Origin: Actinomycetes bacterium
GTDB taxonomy: Bacteria; Actinomycetota; Actinomycetes; S36-B12
DNA length: 64,000 nucleotides
Assembly: GCA_014190275.1 (NCBI GenBank)
Contig: BJGE01000001.1
Location: 12,289-76,288 of the forward strand
Direction of reading: 5' to 3'
The position numbers and the translations under genes were made by a program. Positions 9,524-18,485 of this stretch are shown one piece after another. The notes under the pieces were generated by a model that saw only the letters and a program-made list of their open reading frames with translations, was not told the DNA's origin and made no database searches. Within the stretch, counting starts at the first letter, position 1. Each line of letters begins with the position of its first letter.

Positions 9524-10402
9524 CTAGTTCTCCTGCCGTAAGTCGGCGCCGATGTCCAAAACCGGCGCCGAGTGCGTCAGCGCACCAACCGCAAGGTAGT
9601 CCACCCCGGTAGCGGCGACGGCAGCAGCCACTCCCAAGCTCAGCCCACCCGACGCCTCAAGTTTCGCGCGTCCCTTGGTGCGTTGCACCGCAGCACGCAA
9701 TTGCTCGACGTCGAAGTTATCGAGGAGCACTAAATCGGCGCCGGCTGCCAATACCTCATCAAGTTGCGCAAGTGAGTCGACCTCGACTTCAACCGGCACA
9801 CTCGGGAACCTCGCCCGCACCGCGGCAAAGGCTTGGGCTACACCGCCAGCAGCCAGCACATGGTTGTCCTTGACCAAGGCGGCATCCGACAGTGACATGC
9901 GGTGATTCTGCCCGCCACCGCAGCGCACCGCGTATTTCTCCAGGGCGCGCATACCGGGCGTGGTCTTACGGGTATCGCGAACAGCCGCCCCGGTACCGGA
10001 AATCGCTGCGACCCACGCCGCGGTCAACGTTGCGATACCGCCGAGGTGACCCAGCAGATTAAGTGCTGGGCGCTCGGCCCGCAACAGGTCATGGGTCGGG
10101 CCAGTTATTGAAATCAGCACGACACCGCACTCGACCCGATCACCGTCGCAGGCCAAGGCTTTGACCTGAAGTGCCGGGTTTACGCATTCGAACACCGCTA
10201 CCGCGACCGGAATGCCTGCCGCAGTGCCCGTTTGCCGAGCTACCAGATCAAGGGTCGCGCGCTGCCCCATCGGCACCGTGGCAACGGTCGTTACATCCGC
10301 ACCGCCAGCCAGATCCTCGGCTAGGGCGATCGCGACGAGCCGGTTCACGTCAGCCGGGTCAAGCCCGGCCTCAATTAGTGCGGCCACTGTCGAATCAATC
10401 AT
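9524..10402 (-). CDS. nadC: nicotinate-nucleotide diphosphorylase (carboxylating)
   Basis: QPRTase pattern (RKTTPGMR, LDNF, EASGG). Abuts coaX with no gap. Confidence 0.95.
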   Translation of the reverse strand: MIDSTVAALIEAGLDPADVNRLVAIALAEDLAGGADVTTVATVPMGQRATLDLVARQTGTAAGIPVAVAVFECVNPALQVKALACDGDRVECGVVLISITGPTHDLLRAERPALNLLGHLGGIATLTAAWVAAISGTGAAVRDTRKTTPGMRALEKYAVRCGGGQNHRMSLSDAALVKDNHVLAAGGVAQAFAAVRARFPSVPVEVEVDSLAQLDEVLAAGADLVLLDNFDVEQLRAAVQRTKGRAKLEASGGLSLGVAAAVAATGVDYLAVGALTHSAPVLDIGADLRQEN

Positions 10403-12071
10403 TGCCGCGACCTGAGTTCGCCTCGACAGCTATTCGCCTAGTCTCCAGTTGCCCCTGCTCGTTAAGGCGCGAGACTAACCGCGCCCGCCAAACTGCATCA
10501 TTTAGGTCCGGGAAATCCTCGCGCCAGTGCGAACCACGGGTCTCCTCCCGTAACGACGCATGATGAACGAGCACGCTGGCGAGTGCATGAATATTGGTAG
10601 TCTCCCAGTCTTCGGTGCATGGCTTTGCCCCATCATGGGTTTCAAGAGCAGCGAGTTCCTTGGCGGCGCAGTCCAAGGATGCCTTACTACGCAGCACACC
10701 GGCATGTTGATCCATGGTGCGTTGAATATCCCGGCGCACGGCGTTAGGCAACAAATCCGCGCTGGCCGCGTTTAACGCCGGCTCCCGCACCACCGGGTGC
10801 TCCTGCGCCAGCACATCACCAATTCGGGTGGCAAAAACAAGCCCTTCAAGCAGTGAATTGGATGCCAACCTATTTGCGCCATGCACCCCCGTGCAGGCTA
10901 CCTCGCCGCAGGCAAAGAGGCCGGGAATGGAAGTACGACCCCACAGGTCGGTGAGAACGCCACCGGAGGCAAAGTGTTGGGCGGGTGAAACCGGGATGAG
11001 ATCGGTAACCGGGTCGATACCCCGGGTTCGACATGATTCAAGGATCGTCGGGAAGCGGTGCACCCATCGGTCAGCGCCAAGGGCCCGGCCGTCAAGCCAA
11101 ACGTGGGCCGCGCCCGTCTCGCGCATGCGGCGCATAATCGCTTTGGCCACCACATCACGCGGGGCTAGATCAGCCAGCGGGTGTTCATCCAACATAAAAC
11201 GCTTGCCGCCGCTATCAAGAAGCACCGCGCCCTCCCCGCGCACCGCTTCCGAGACAAGTGGCTGCTGGCCTTGGGCTAGGGGCCCGAGCCAAAGCACAGT
11301 CGGGTGAAATTGGACGAATTCAAGGTCGGCAATATCAGCACCGGCCCGCAGGGCTAGCGCAACGCCATCACCGGTCGCAACATACGGGTTTGTGGATTGC
11401 AGAAAGACTTGACCAAAGCCACCCGCGGCAAGTACGACGCTCGGGGCGAGCGCTGCACCAATCCCGCCGCGTTGCCCGGTACCGACCACGTGCAAGGTCA
11501 CCCCTTGCGCGGCACCAGTTTCATCCAGGAGCAGGTCGAGTGCAAGTGCGTTCTCGACTACTTCGATGCCTTCATCAGCCGCAACCGCTGCGACCAAGGT
11601 GCGCGATACTTCTGCGCCGGTGGCATCACCACCCGCATGCGCAATGCGATCACGCAGATGCCCACCTTCACGTGTTAGTGAGATCTCGCCGGCAGCATCG
11701 AGATCAAAATGCGCGCCGAAGGTGATCAGTTCGCGGACGGCGGCCGGCCCTTGGGTGACGAGTACCTTCACCGCCTCTTCGTTACATAGCCCAACCCCAG
11801 CGACCAAGGTGTCCTGCAGATGCTCCTGCGGTGAATCATCTTCGGCCATTGCCGCGGCAATGCCACCTTGGGCCCACCGCGTTGACCCTTCATTGACTTG
11901 CGCTTTGGTAACTAGCAATACCGTCTTTCCAGCAGCCCGAGCATGCAATGCCGCCGTGAGACCTGCGACCCCTGAACCCACGACCACCACATCAGCGCGG
12001 GCCGTCCAACCGGGTTGATCCGCGCGCAGCCGCTGCGTGAGCCGAAGGTCGCGCAGGCCAATGTCACTCAT
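10395..12071 (-). CDS. nadB: L-aspartate oxidase
   Basis: FAD motif VVGSGVAGL, plus GGIAA and RGSHWRED signatures of the NadB/succinate dehydrogenase flavoprotein family. Confidence 0.95.
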   Translation of the reverse strand: MSDIGLRDLRLTQRLRADQPGWTARADVVVVGSGVAGLTAALHARAAGKTVLLVTKAQVNEGSTRWAQGGIAAAMAEDDSPQEHLQDTLVAGVGLCNEEAVKVLVTQGPAAVRELITFGAHFDLDAAGEISLTREGGHLRDRIAHAGGDATGAEVSRTLVAAVAADEGIEVVENALALDLLLDETGAAQGVTLHVVGTGQRGGIGAALAPSVVLAAGGFGQVFLQSTNPYVATGDGVALALRAGADIADLEFVQFHPTVLWLGPLAQGQQPLVSEAVRGEGAVLLDSGGKRFMLDEHPLADLAPRDVVAKAIMRRMRETGAAHVWLDGRALGADRWVHRFPTILESCRTRGIDPVTDLIPVSPAQHFASGGVLTDLWGRTSIPGLFACGEVACTGVHGANRLASNSLLEGLVFATRIGDVLAQEHPVVREPALNAASADLLPNAVRRDIQRTMDQHAGVLRSKASLDCAAKELAALETHDGAKPCTEDWETTNIHALASVLVHHASLREETRGSHWREDFPDLNDAVWRARLVSRLNEQGQLETRRIAVEANSGRGND

Positions 12072-12922
12072 GCGGGCGCCCCCAACTCACAGGATGCATT
12101 ATCGAGCAACCTGGTGGCACCAATGCGCACCGCAATGATGACCCGAGCCCGGCCACTTGCCGGAGCTGGCCCCAGATCTGGCGCGGTCACCACGAAATAG
12201 TCCACTTTTATCTCTGGCTCCTTATGAAGGACTGCTAAGCCTGCAGCAACAGCTGCCCTCTCACCATATTGCGCGGCGGCAACCGCCGCAGCGACCGCCT
12301 GCGGGATCAACGCTGCTTGGGCCCGCTCGGGCGCACTTAGGTAGCGATTGCGACTACTTAAGGCCAACCCATCGGTTTCGCGCACCGTCGGTACCGGCAC
12401 CACCTGGACAGGCACTTCACGTTCGGCAAACATCAAGGTGACGAGCACCAATTGCTGATAGTCCTTCTCGCCAAACATCGCAAAATGCGCACCGGTCAAA
12501 TACTGCAGTCGGCGCACGACGGTTAGCATGCCGCGAAAATGTCCGGGCCGGGAAGCACCTTCCAGAATCAGTCCGACCGAGCCGGCATCAATCATTTCGC
12601 TTTCGGCTAATTCTGCCATATTCGCGGTGCCGTAAACATCTAAGGCTTCCGGCGCGTAGACGATGTCGACATCATTTGCTTCACAAATCCTAAAGTCAGC
12701 ATCGATGGTGCGCGGATACTTAGTGAAATCCTCACCGGCGCCGAACTGAGTCGGATTGACAAATACCGTGACGATGACAGTGCCATCGGGGCCCACGCAT
12801 TCGCGGGCAACCCGCATCAACTCTGCGTGGCCATTGTGTAACGCGCCCATCGTCATCACTACCGCGATTTCACCTCGGCGTAGTTCTGGAATATCGCGGT
12901 GAAAATGCACCAGGTGGGTCAT
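12068..12922 (-). CDS. panC: pantoate--beta-alanine ligase
   Basis: MGALHNGH (HxGH) and SSRN motifs. 4-nt overlaps with both neighbours. Confidence 0.95.
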   Translation of the reverse strand: MTHLVHFHRDIPELRRGEIAVVMTMGALHNGHAELMRVARECVGPDGTVIVTVFVNPTQFGAGEDFTKYPRTIDADFRICEANDVDIVYAPEALDVYGTANMAELAESEMIDAGSVGLILEGASRPGHFRGMLTVVRRLQYLTGAHFAMFGEKDYQQLVLVTLMFAEREVPVQVVPVPTVRETDGLALSSRNRYLSAPERAQAALIPQAVAAAVAAAQYGERAAVAAGLAVLHKEPEIKVDYFVVTAPDLGPAPASGRARVIIAVRIGATRLLDNASCELGAPA

Positions 12923-13803
12923 CGCCCCTCACCCAAGACTTCCAGCAATGGTTCGGCGGCCTGCGGGCTAAGTAACCCGGCTGCCACCGCGCGGTCGGCG
13001 GTCAGCCGCCCCAACGCCCGATAGCCGGCAGCGCCCTGCTCAGAAACCTGGGCGATCGCCTCAAGGTGAGCGGCAACGGCTGCGGCATCACCACGCGCGA
13101 CCGGCCCGGTTAGCCCCTGATCTCCGAGCCGCAACGCATTGTCAAGTGAGGCGCTAAGCAGTGGCGCAATAAGTTGTTGCGGATTCTCGATCCCGGCAAC
13201 TTTTAAGAGGTCAACCGTTTGTGCTACCAGAGTAATTAAATAATTGGATCCGTATGCAAGTGCCGCGTGATACAGGGCGCGGGCCTCCTCCGGGACCCAA
13301 ACCGGGTCACCACCCATCTCGACAACAAGGGCTTCGGCAATCGGCCGCATGGCAGCTGGAGCGCTCACCCCGAATGGGCAGTCCACCAATCGCGCTAGGT
13401 CGACGCTGGTGCCCGTGAAAGTCATGATCGGATGCACCGCAATCGGCACCGCACCATGTTGGGTTACCGGTGCCAGCACTGAAATGCCGTAACGGCCAGC
13501 CGGATGCACCCAGAATTGCCCCGGGTGCACATTGCCCGTTTCGGCGAGTCCCGCTACCAGACTTGGCAAAGTGTCATCGGGTACCGCAACAAGCACCAGG
13601 TCGACGTCCTTGGTCGCACCCGGCACATCGGTGATCGGTACCCCCGGTAGGAGCGCCTCGGCGCGCAATCTAGACAAGTCGGAAACCGCCGATACCGCGA
13701 GTACTTGATGGCCGGCCCGGCGCAGCGCCGCCCCCAGTACCACCCCGGCCCGCCCAGCGCCAATCACGCCGATTCTCAGTCGGGGTGGGCCGGGTTCGTT
13801 CAC
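12919..13803 (-). CDS. Rossmann-fold oxidoreductase-like protein with DUF2520 C-domain
   Basis: RIGVIGAGRAG dinucleotide-binding loop. Sits upstream of panC as in other actinobacteria. GTG at 13803 preferred. Confidence 0.72.
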   Translation of the reverse strand: MNEPGPPRLRIGVIGAGRAGVVLGAALRRAGHQVLAVSAVSDLSRLRAEALLPGVPITDVPGATKDVDLVLVAVPDDTLPSLVAGLAETGNVHPGQFWVHPAGRYGISVLAPVTQHGAVPIAVHPIMTFTGTSVDLARLVDCPFGVSAPAAMRPIAEALVVEMGGDPVWVPEEARALYHAALAYGSNYLITLVAQTVDLLKVAGIENPQQLIAPLLSASLDNALRLGDQGLTGPVARGDAAAVAAHLEAIAQVSEQGAAGYRALGRLTADRAVAAGLLSPQAAEPLLEVLGEGR

Positions 13804-13891
13804 ATGGTGAGCGTAGAGGCAGGCGACCGCCCCGCACCAATCGCGCCCGGTCGGTCGGACCGCCACCTAACCGCGACTAACCTTAAATCTC

Positions 13892-14812
13892 GTGGCTACC
13901 CAGCATTCTTGGCAACAGGCCTGGGAGCACACTCTTGCCGGAGCCAATAGTTTCTATCGCGACCACCCGCCGGCAGATCACTTCACAACCTCGGTGATGT
14001 TCAATGCCGAGGTCGCATCGGCTGTAGCCGAGTTGATCCGTGGAATCGATGACGGCACCGAGTTGATTGTGACCGATGTGGGTGCCGGCGCCGGGCAGTT
14101 ATCAATCGCCCTTGCCGACCAACTGGGTGAGCGACCATGGATCAGCTTTGAGGCAATTGATCTTCGACCGGCACCCGAGCTGCTACCACAAAAGGTGCAG
14201 TGGTTGGTGGGTGACGCCCGCTCGCTGTCGCTGCACCCAGCACGTCGGGTGGTTATCGCTCATGAATTCCTTGACGATATCCCTTGCGAAATATTTGAAG
14301 TCGATGACCGGGGCGAAGCACACTTGATCATCGTCGCTGACGGTGAAGCGATAATGGGGCCGCGTTTAGCCGATGACATCGGGTGCGCCCGACTGGAGGT
14401 TAACGCGGCGCAATTACGCAACTGGCTGGATAAGTGGTGGCCGGCCCACCGGCCCTTTGTGCGTGGTGAAATCGGCAATACCCGCGATGCCACCTGGCGC
14501 CACTTGACCGGTTGGATAACAAGTGGCCTCGGAATCGCAATCGACTACGGGCACCTGAGCGCAGAGCGCGAAGCTGGCACCTGGGATGGTGGCACCTTAA
14601 CTGGCTTTCGCGGTGGCCGGGCCGTATCACCGATCCTTGACGGCTCCTGCAATATCACCGCTCATGTGGCCATGGATGCAATAGCAGCAGCGCGGATAAA
14701 TTGCGAGGTCACCCTTAAGCGGCAAACCGAGGTGCTGCACGGGGGCCACGTAGCAAAGCCCGGTGGCCTAGGCGAGATCCTCTGGCTGACCCAGAAGTTC
14801 TCGGACACCTGA
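13892..14812 (+). CDS. MidA/NDUFAF7-like (DUF185) class I SAM-dependent methyltransferase
   Basis: DHFTTS...VTDVGAGAGQL (SAM loop), HEFLDDIP, AIDYGH and NITAHV blocks match my recollection of the DUF185/MidA family. Confidence 0.72.
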   Translation: MATQHSWQQAWEHTLAGANSFYRDHPPADHFTTSVMFNAEVASAVAELIRGIDDGTELIVTDVGAGAGQLSIALADQLGERPWISFEAIDLRPAPELLPQKVQWLVGDARSLSLHPARRVVIAHEFLDDIPCEIFEVDDRGEAHLIIVADGEAIMGPRLADDIGCARLEVNAAQLRNWLDKWWPAHRPFVRGEIGNTRDATWRHLTGWITSGLGIAIDYGHLSAEREAGTWDGGTLTGFRGGRAVSPILDGSCNITAHVAMDAIAAARINCEVTLKRQTEVLHGGHVAKPGGLGEILWLTQKFSDT

Positions 14813-14824
14813 CAAGATGAGCGG

Positions 14825-15937
14825 GTGCAGGAGTTGCTGGTTGCCGTAGGAGCAGCGAGATACCTTGACCATGACTATGTGCTCGAGTTGGACGATCTGC
14901 ATCCCGCGTCACATGCTGCACTACAAATCCGGATAACTCTCGATGACCAAGGTCTGATCAGCACCGCCGATCCACAGGTCGGGTTACTGCACCGAAGCGC
15001 CGAAAAGCTTTTTGAAGCACGCGACTACCGACAGATCATGATGCTCGCCAACAGGCATGATTGGCTATCGGCCTTTTCCTCCGAACTGGGCGTAGCCCTC
15101 ACGGTTGAGGCCGCCATGGGTATCTATCCGCCACCGCGCGCGACCTGGACTCGAACATTGCTCGCTGAGATGAATCGTGTTTCGGCATCACTGCTGCTAT
15201 TGGGTGCCCCGACCCGCGATCTGCAACTGCTGCAATTACGCGAGCGATTCTTGACGCTGCAGGAGCTGGCAAGTGGGGGTCGCGTACACCCGATGATCAA
15301 CCGCATCGGAGGCCTAGCGCACCCACTCACCGAGCAATGGATCACCGAACTGATGACCGTGATCGACGAACTCAATTCGCAGCTACCGGCCATCACCGCC
15401 GCCACCGAAGAAGCAACTGCACCATTTGCTGGTTACGCGGTTTTATCGAAGGCCGATGCCATCGCCTACGGGGTCACCGGGCCGGTGGGGCGCGCAAGTG
15501 GTCTTGACCTAGACCTTCGACGGGACGATCCGTACTTGTCGTACGGCGAATTGGCTGATCTGCTAATCGTGCCAACTTCGGCCGCTGGCGATCTGCCGGC
15601 GCGTTACCGCATGTTGCTTGATCAGATACCCGTGTCGCTCAATTTGATGTCTGCGTGCACCGACCACGTGCTCGGTGTGGGTGAGATAAATGTGCCGCTG
15701 CCAAAGGTTGTCAAAGTCCCAGAGAGCACTTCGTATGGCCAAGTCGAAGGTCCACTCGGAGTAAGTGGCTACTTGCTGGTCAGTATCGGCGCAAAATCAC
15801 CTTGGCGACTAAAACTTCGCACCCCATCACTTAGCAATGTGCAGGCGATGGCCATAGCGGTCTCCGGGCTGCCGCTGGCAGATCTTGGACCAGCGTTGAT
15901 GTCGTTCTTCTTCGTGGTAGGTGATATCGACCGGTAA
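14825..15937 (+). CDS. stand-alone NuoD/Nqo4/NDUFS2-like protein (complex I 49-kDa subunit paralog)
   Basis: Gapless by-eye alignment to Nqo4/NDUFS2: LHPASHAAL~QHPxxHG, GLLHRSAEK~GLLHRGTEK, NRHDWLSAF~PRMDYLHSF, C-terminal VVGDIDR~VMGDVDR. No other nuo genes in the window. Confidence 0.85.
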   Translation: MQELLVAVGAARYLDHDYVLELDDLHPASHAALQIRITLDDQGLISTADPQVGLLHRSAEKLFEARDYRQIMMLANRHDWLSAFSSELGVALTVEAAMGIYPPPRATWTRTLLAEMNRVSASLLLLGAPTRDLQLLQLRERFLTLQELASGGRVHPMINRIGGLAHPLTEQWITELMTVIDELNSQLPAITAATEEATAPFAGYAVLSKADAIAYGVTGPVGRASGLDLDLRRDDPYLSYGELADLLIVPTSAAGDLPARYRMLLDQIPVSLNLMSACTDHVLGVGEINVPLPKVVKVPESTSYGQVEGPLGVSGYLLVSIGAKSPWRLKLRTPSLSNVQAMAIAVSGLPLADLGPALMSFFFVVGDIDR

Positions 15938-15969
15938 CCGGGATTTAACTGTGGCGAAAGTTCGCCAGG

Positions 15970-16254
15970 TTACTTCTCGTGCTCGCGTAGATAGGTCGCG
16001 AACCGCGCCCGAAGCAACGCTTCGGTGGTTGGGTCCAGTTGCTCATCGCCCAGCATCTCGCGAACTGCCTTCACCGTCTCAATGAAAGTTCCGCCGACCG
16101 CCCCGAGGTCACCGCCTTCACCCTCGATGGCAACCATCCCCGGCATATGGCCGAATAGATCGGTGAAGAACCCGAGGTCAAGGCGCTTCTCGGCGACATG
16201 AAAGGCGCGTTGGCGCAATTCATCAAAAGGCAGATCCTCAAGAACCTCACTCAT
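15970..16254 (-). CDS. hypothetical acidic 94-aa protein
   Basis: MSEVLEDLPFDELRQRAF... The ATG at 16254 overlaps the DUF3180 stop as ATGA (translational coupling). The longer 216-aa track ORF is rejected. Confidence 0.55.
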   Translation of the reverse strand: MSEVLEDLPFDELRQRAFHVAEKRLDLGFFTDLFGHMPGMVAIEGEGGDLGAVGGTFIETVKAVREMLGDEQLDPTTEALLRARFATYLREHEK

Positions 16255-16733
16255 GGGGCTGACCCTATCTGGGCGCCTTTGACATCGTCGTCGTCGATAG
16301 GCAATCGGCAAATATATTCCAGCCAGAGTGCGACGATCACCAGCGCCAAGGAGCCGGCCGCCGTGCCGACAGCAGCCCAGAGGGTGCCTTGACCCGCAGC
16401 CGTGAACCGGGCCGGTAGCGCGGCCAGTGAAACCCCAACATAAAACCCCCCGACAAGTGATCCGGTGCGCGAGGCGGCCATCGCTAGGGCAGCCGTGCGC
16501 GCAGCGACAATCGGTGGCATTGGTTTGGTACCCGGCCGGCGTTGTAGACGTGGGCGAGCTAGGAAGGTCCAGATGCCCAGTGCCAAGGCCAAAATCCACA
16601 TGGTGCTGGCTGCCAACCACGACACCGGCAGGGTGCGCCCGGTTTGCCCCTGCATCAAGCCCACCGCACCCCAGCCGATGGCGCCTGCCAGCACCGCCAG
16701 CACGATAAGCACCCGCACCTTGGTTGGCTTCAT
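16251..16733 (-). CDS. DUF3180-like integral membrane protein
   Basis: Four hydrophobic helices. Lies immediately downstream of folK, which is conserved in actinobacteria. Confidence 0.7.
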   Translation of the reverse strand: MKPTKVRVLIVLAVLAGAIGWGAVGLMQGQTGRTLPVSWLAASTMWILALALGIWTFLARPRLQRRPGTKPMPPIVAARTAALAMAASRTGSLVGGFYVGVSLAALPARFTAAGQGTLWAAVGTAAGSLALVIVALWLEYICRLPIDDDDVKGAQIGSAP

Positions 16734-16743
16734 AGATTGCCTC

Positions 16744-17256
16744 TCATGGGTTCAACCCCTGGAAAGGTAGTACCGAGGTACGGCGCACCGATCCGGTAGG
16801 CCGGGCAGCCACCAACCCAGCAACCGGTCCAATGCCGGGGAGCTCCGCCGATGGGTCGATCTCCAGCCAAGGCACTAGGACGAATTCTCGCCCACCTGCA
16901 CGCGGATGCGGCAAGGTCAAAATCTCGTCCAGCGACACGAGATCTCCGTAAGTAATGATGTCAATATCCAAAGTGCGCGCCCCCCAATGCACCTCGCGGG
17001 TTCGATGCCAGGAGTTTTCAATCTCGTGGGCCACCGCGAGGAGTTCATGTGCTGTCAGCGTGGTCTTCGCCAGCACAACTGCGTTCAGGTAAACCGGTTG
17101 CTCGGGCCCGCCCACTGGATCTGTTTGATAAGCACTAGAAACCGAGGTGATTTCAATAGCCGGATGCTGACTTAGTGCTTTAACAGCACCTTGTAGTGCC
17201 GCCATCGGATCACCAAGGTTCGCCCCGAGCGCCAAAACCGTTGGGGTCGAAGTCAT
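16744..17256 (-). CDS. folK: 2-amino-4-hydroxy-6-hydroxymethyldihydropteridine diphosphokinase
   Basis: HPPK pattern (LGANLGD..., RTLDIDI, HPR). Confidence 0.93.
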   Translation of the reverse strand: MTSTPTVLALGANLGDPMAALQGAVKALSQHPAIEITSVSSAYQTDPVGGPEQPVYLNAVVLAKTTLTAHELLAVAHEIENSWHRTREVHWGARTLDIDIITYGDLVSLDEILTLPHPRAGGREFVLVPWLEIDPSAELPGIGPVAGLVAARPTGSVRRTSVLPFQGLNP

Positions 17257-17609
17257 GGCCGGGTAATGCGGAGCGCGACATCGCTGAATGGCACCGGGAT
17301 CGGGGCCTGCGGCTTGTGCACGGTGATCTCGACTTTCACTACCCCAACCAGTTGGAGAATCGTGGTTGCGATGTTTTCGGCAAGGGTTTCAATGAGATCA
17401 ACCGGATCGCCGATTATCAGCCCATGAACTATCTGGGCGACAGTCGCGTAATTGACAGTATCGACCAGCGCATCCGTGGTGGCGGCGGCACTTGTTTGCA
17501 TATATACAAGGGCATCGACGATGAACTCCTGCCCGTCGCGGCGCTCCTCGGGGAAAACCCCGTGGTGCCCATGACCTCGGATCCCGGTCAACATGATGAC
17601 GTCACTCAC
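17253..17609 (-). CDS. folB: dihydroneopterin aldolase
   Basis: GIRGHGHHGVFPEERRDGQEF core. GTG at 17609 shares 1 nt with the folP TAG, so the upstream part of the track ORF is rejected. Confidence 0.9.
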   Translation of the reverse strand: MSDVIMLTGIRGHGHHGVFPEERRDGQEFIVDALVYMQTSAAATTDALVDTVNYATVAQIVHGLIIGDPVDLIETLAENIATTILQLVGVVKVEITVHKPQAPIPVPFSDVALRITRP

Positions 17610-18472
17610 TACTGCCTCCCCCTCGCGCAGGCCCGCCCGACGAGCACTGCATCCACCGCAGCCTTGACATTGTGGACACGTACCCCCCACACCCCGCCCG
17701 CAGCTGCGATCGCCGAAACCGCATCGGTCGCGGCATCGCGTTCGGCGAAGGTACGGGGTTGTCCCGCAGTGTCGGCCAACAGGGCACCCAGAAATCGCTT
17801 GCGCGAGGCCCCGATAAGCACCGGGTACCCCAAATCGACAAACTCGGCGAGATGATTTAGCAACCGCCAGTTGTCATCTGCTTCCTTGGCGAACCCAAGG
17901 CCGGGGTCCATGATTATGCAGTCAGGATCGACTCCCCCGGCGATCGCCGTCTGCAATCGCTCATTGAGTTCCCTGAGGACATCGCCGACGACGTCGTCAT
18001 AGACGGCAAGTTGGTTCATCACCGCGCCGTGCCCGCGCCAATGCATGATCACATAGGGCACATCAAGACCCGCCACCGTCGAATACATGGCCGGATCGGC
18101 AAGACCGCCACTGACGTCGTTCACGAGGCAAGCGCCGGCGGCTACGCACTCACGGGCGACTTCGGCCTTCATGGTGTCGATGCTGACATTGACGCCGGCA
18201 CCAACAAGTGCGCTCACCACAGGCAATACCCGCTTCAGCTCCTCTTTCACATCAACCAAAGTCGCACCCGGCCTGGTGGACTCACCACCCACGTCGACGA
18301 TGTCAGCGCCGTCTCGGCGCAGGGCGATCCCATGCTCAACGGCGCTATTTACTTCGAAGTGTTTGCCACCATCCGAAAATGAATCTGGCGTGACATTAAG
18401 TACACCGATCACAAGTGGTCGCGGCAACTGCAGGAGGGTGTCGGGCAGACCCGACGGGTGGCGGCGCGACAT
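17609..18472 (-). CDS. folP: dihydropteroate synthase
   Basis: Pterin-binding domain (GVLNVTPDSFSDGG, DVGGESTRPG). Confidence 0.95.
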   Translation of the reverse strand: MSRRHPSGLPDTLLQLPRPLVIGVLNVTPDSFSDGGKHFEVNSAVEHGIALRRDGADIVDVGGESTRPGATLVDVKEELKRVLPVVSALVGAGVNVSIDTMKAEVARECVAAGACLVNDVSGGLADPAMYSTVAGLDVPYVIMHWRGHGAVMNQLAVYDDVVGDVLRELNERLQTAIAGGVDPDCIIMDPGLGFAKEADDNWRLLNHLAEFVDLGYPVLIGASRKRFLGALLADTAGQPRTFAERDAATDAVSAIAAAGGVWGVRVHNVKAAVDAVLVGRACARGRQ

Positions 18473-18485
18473 GAAACGCTCTGAG

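Noticed and set aside
14825-15937. The NuoD-like gene as a fragment of a normal nuo operon or a [NiFe]-hydrogenase large subunit.
   Set aside because: No nuoA/B/C/E... or hydrogenase small-subunit or maturation genes lie nearby. It lacks the N- and C-terminal CxxC Ni-Fe ligand motifs. The alignment is to NuoD-specific blocks.
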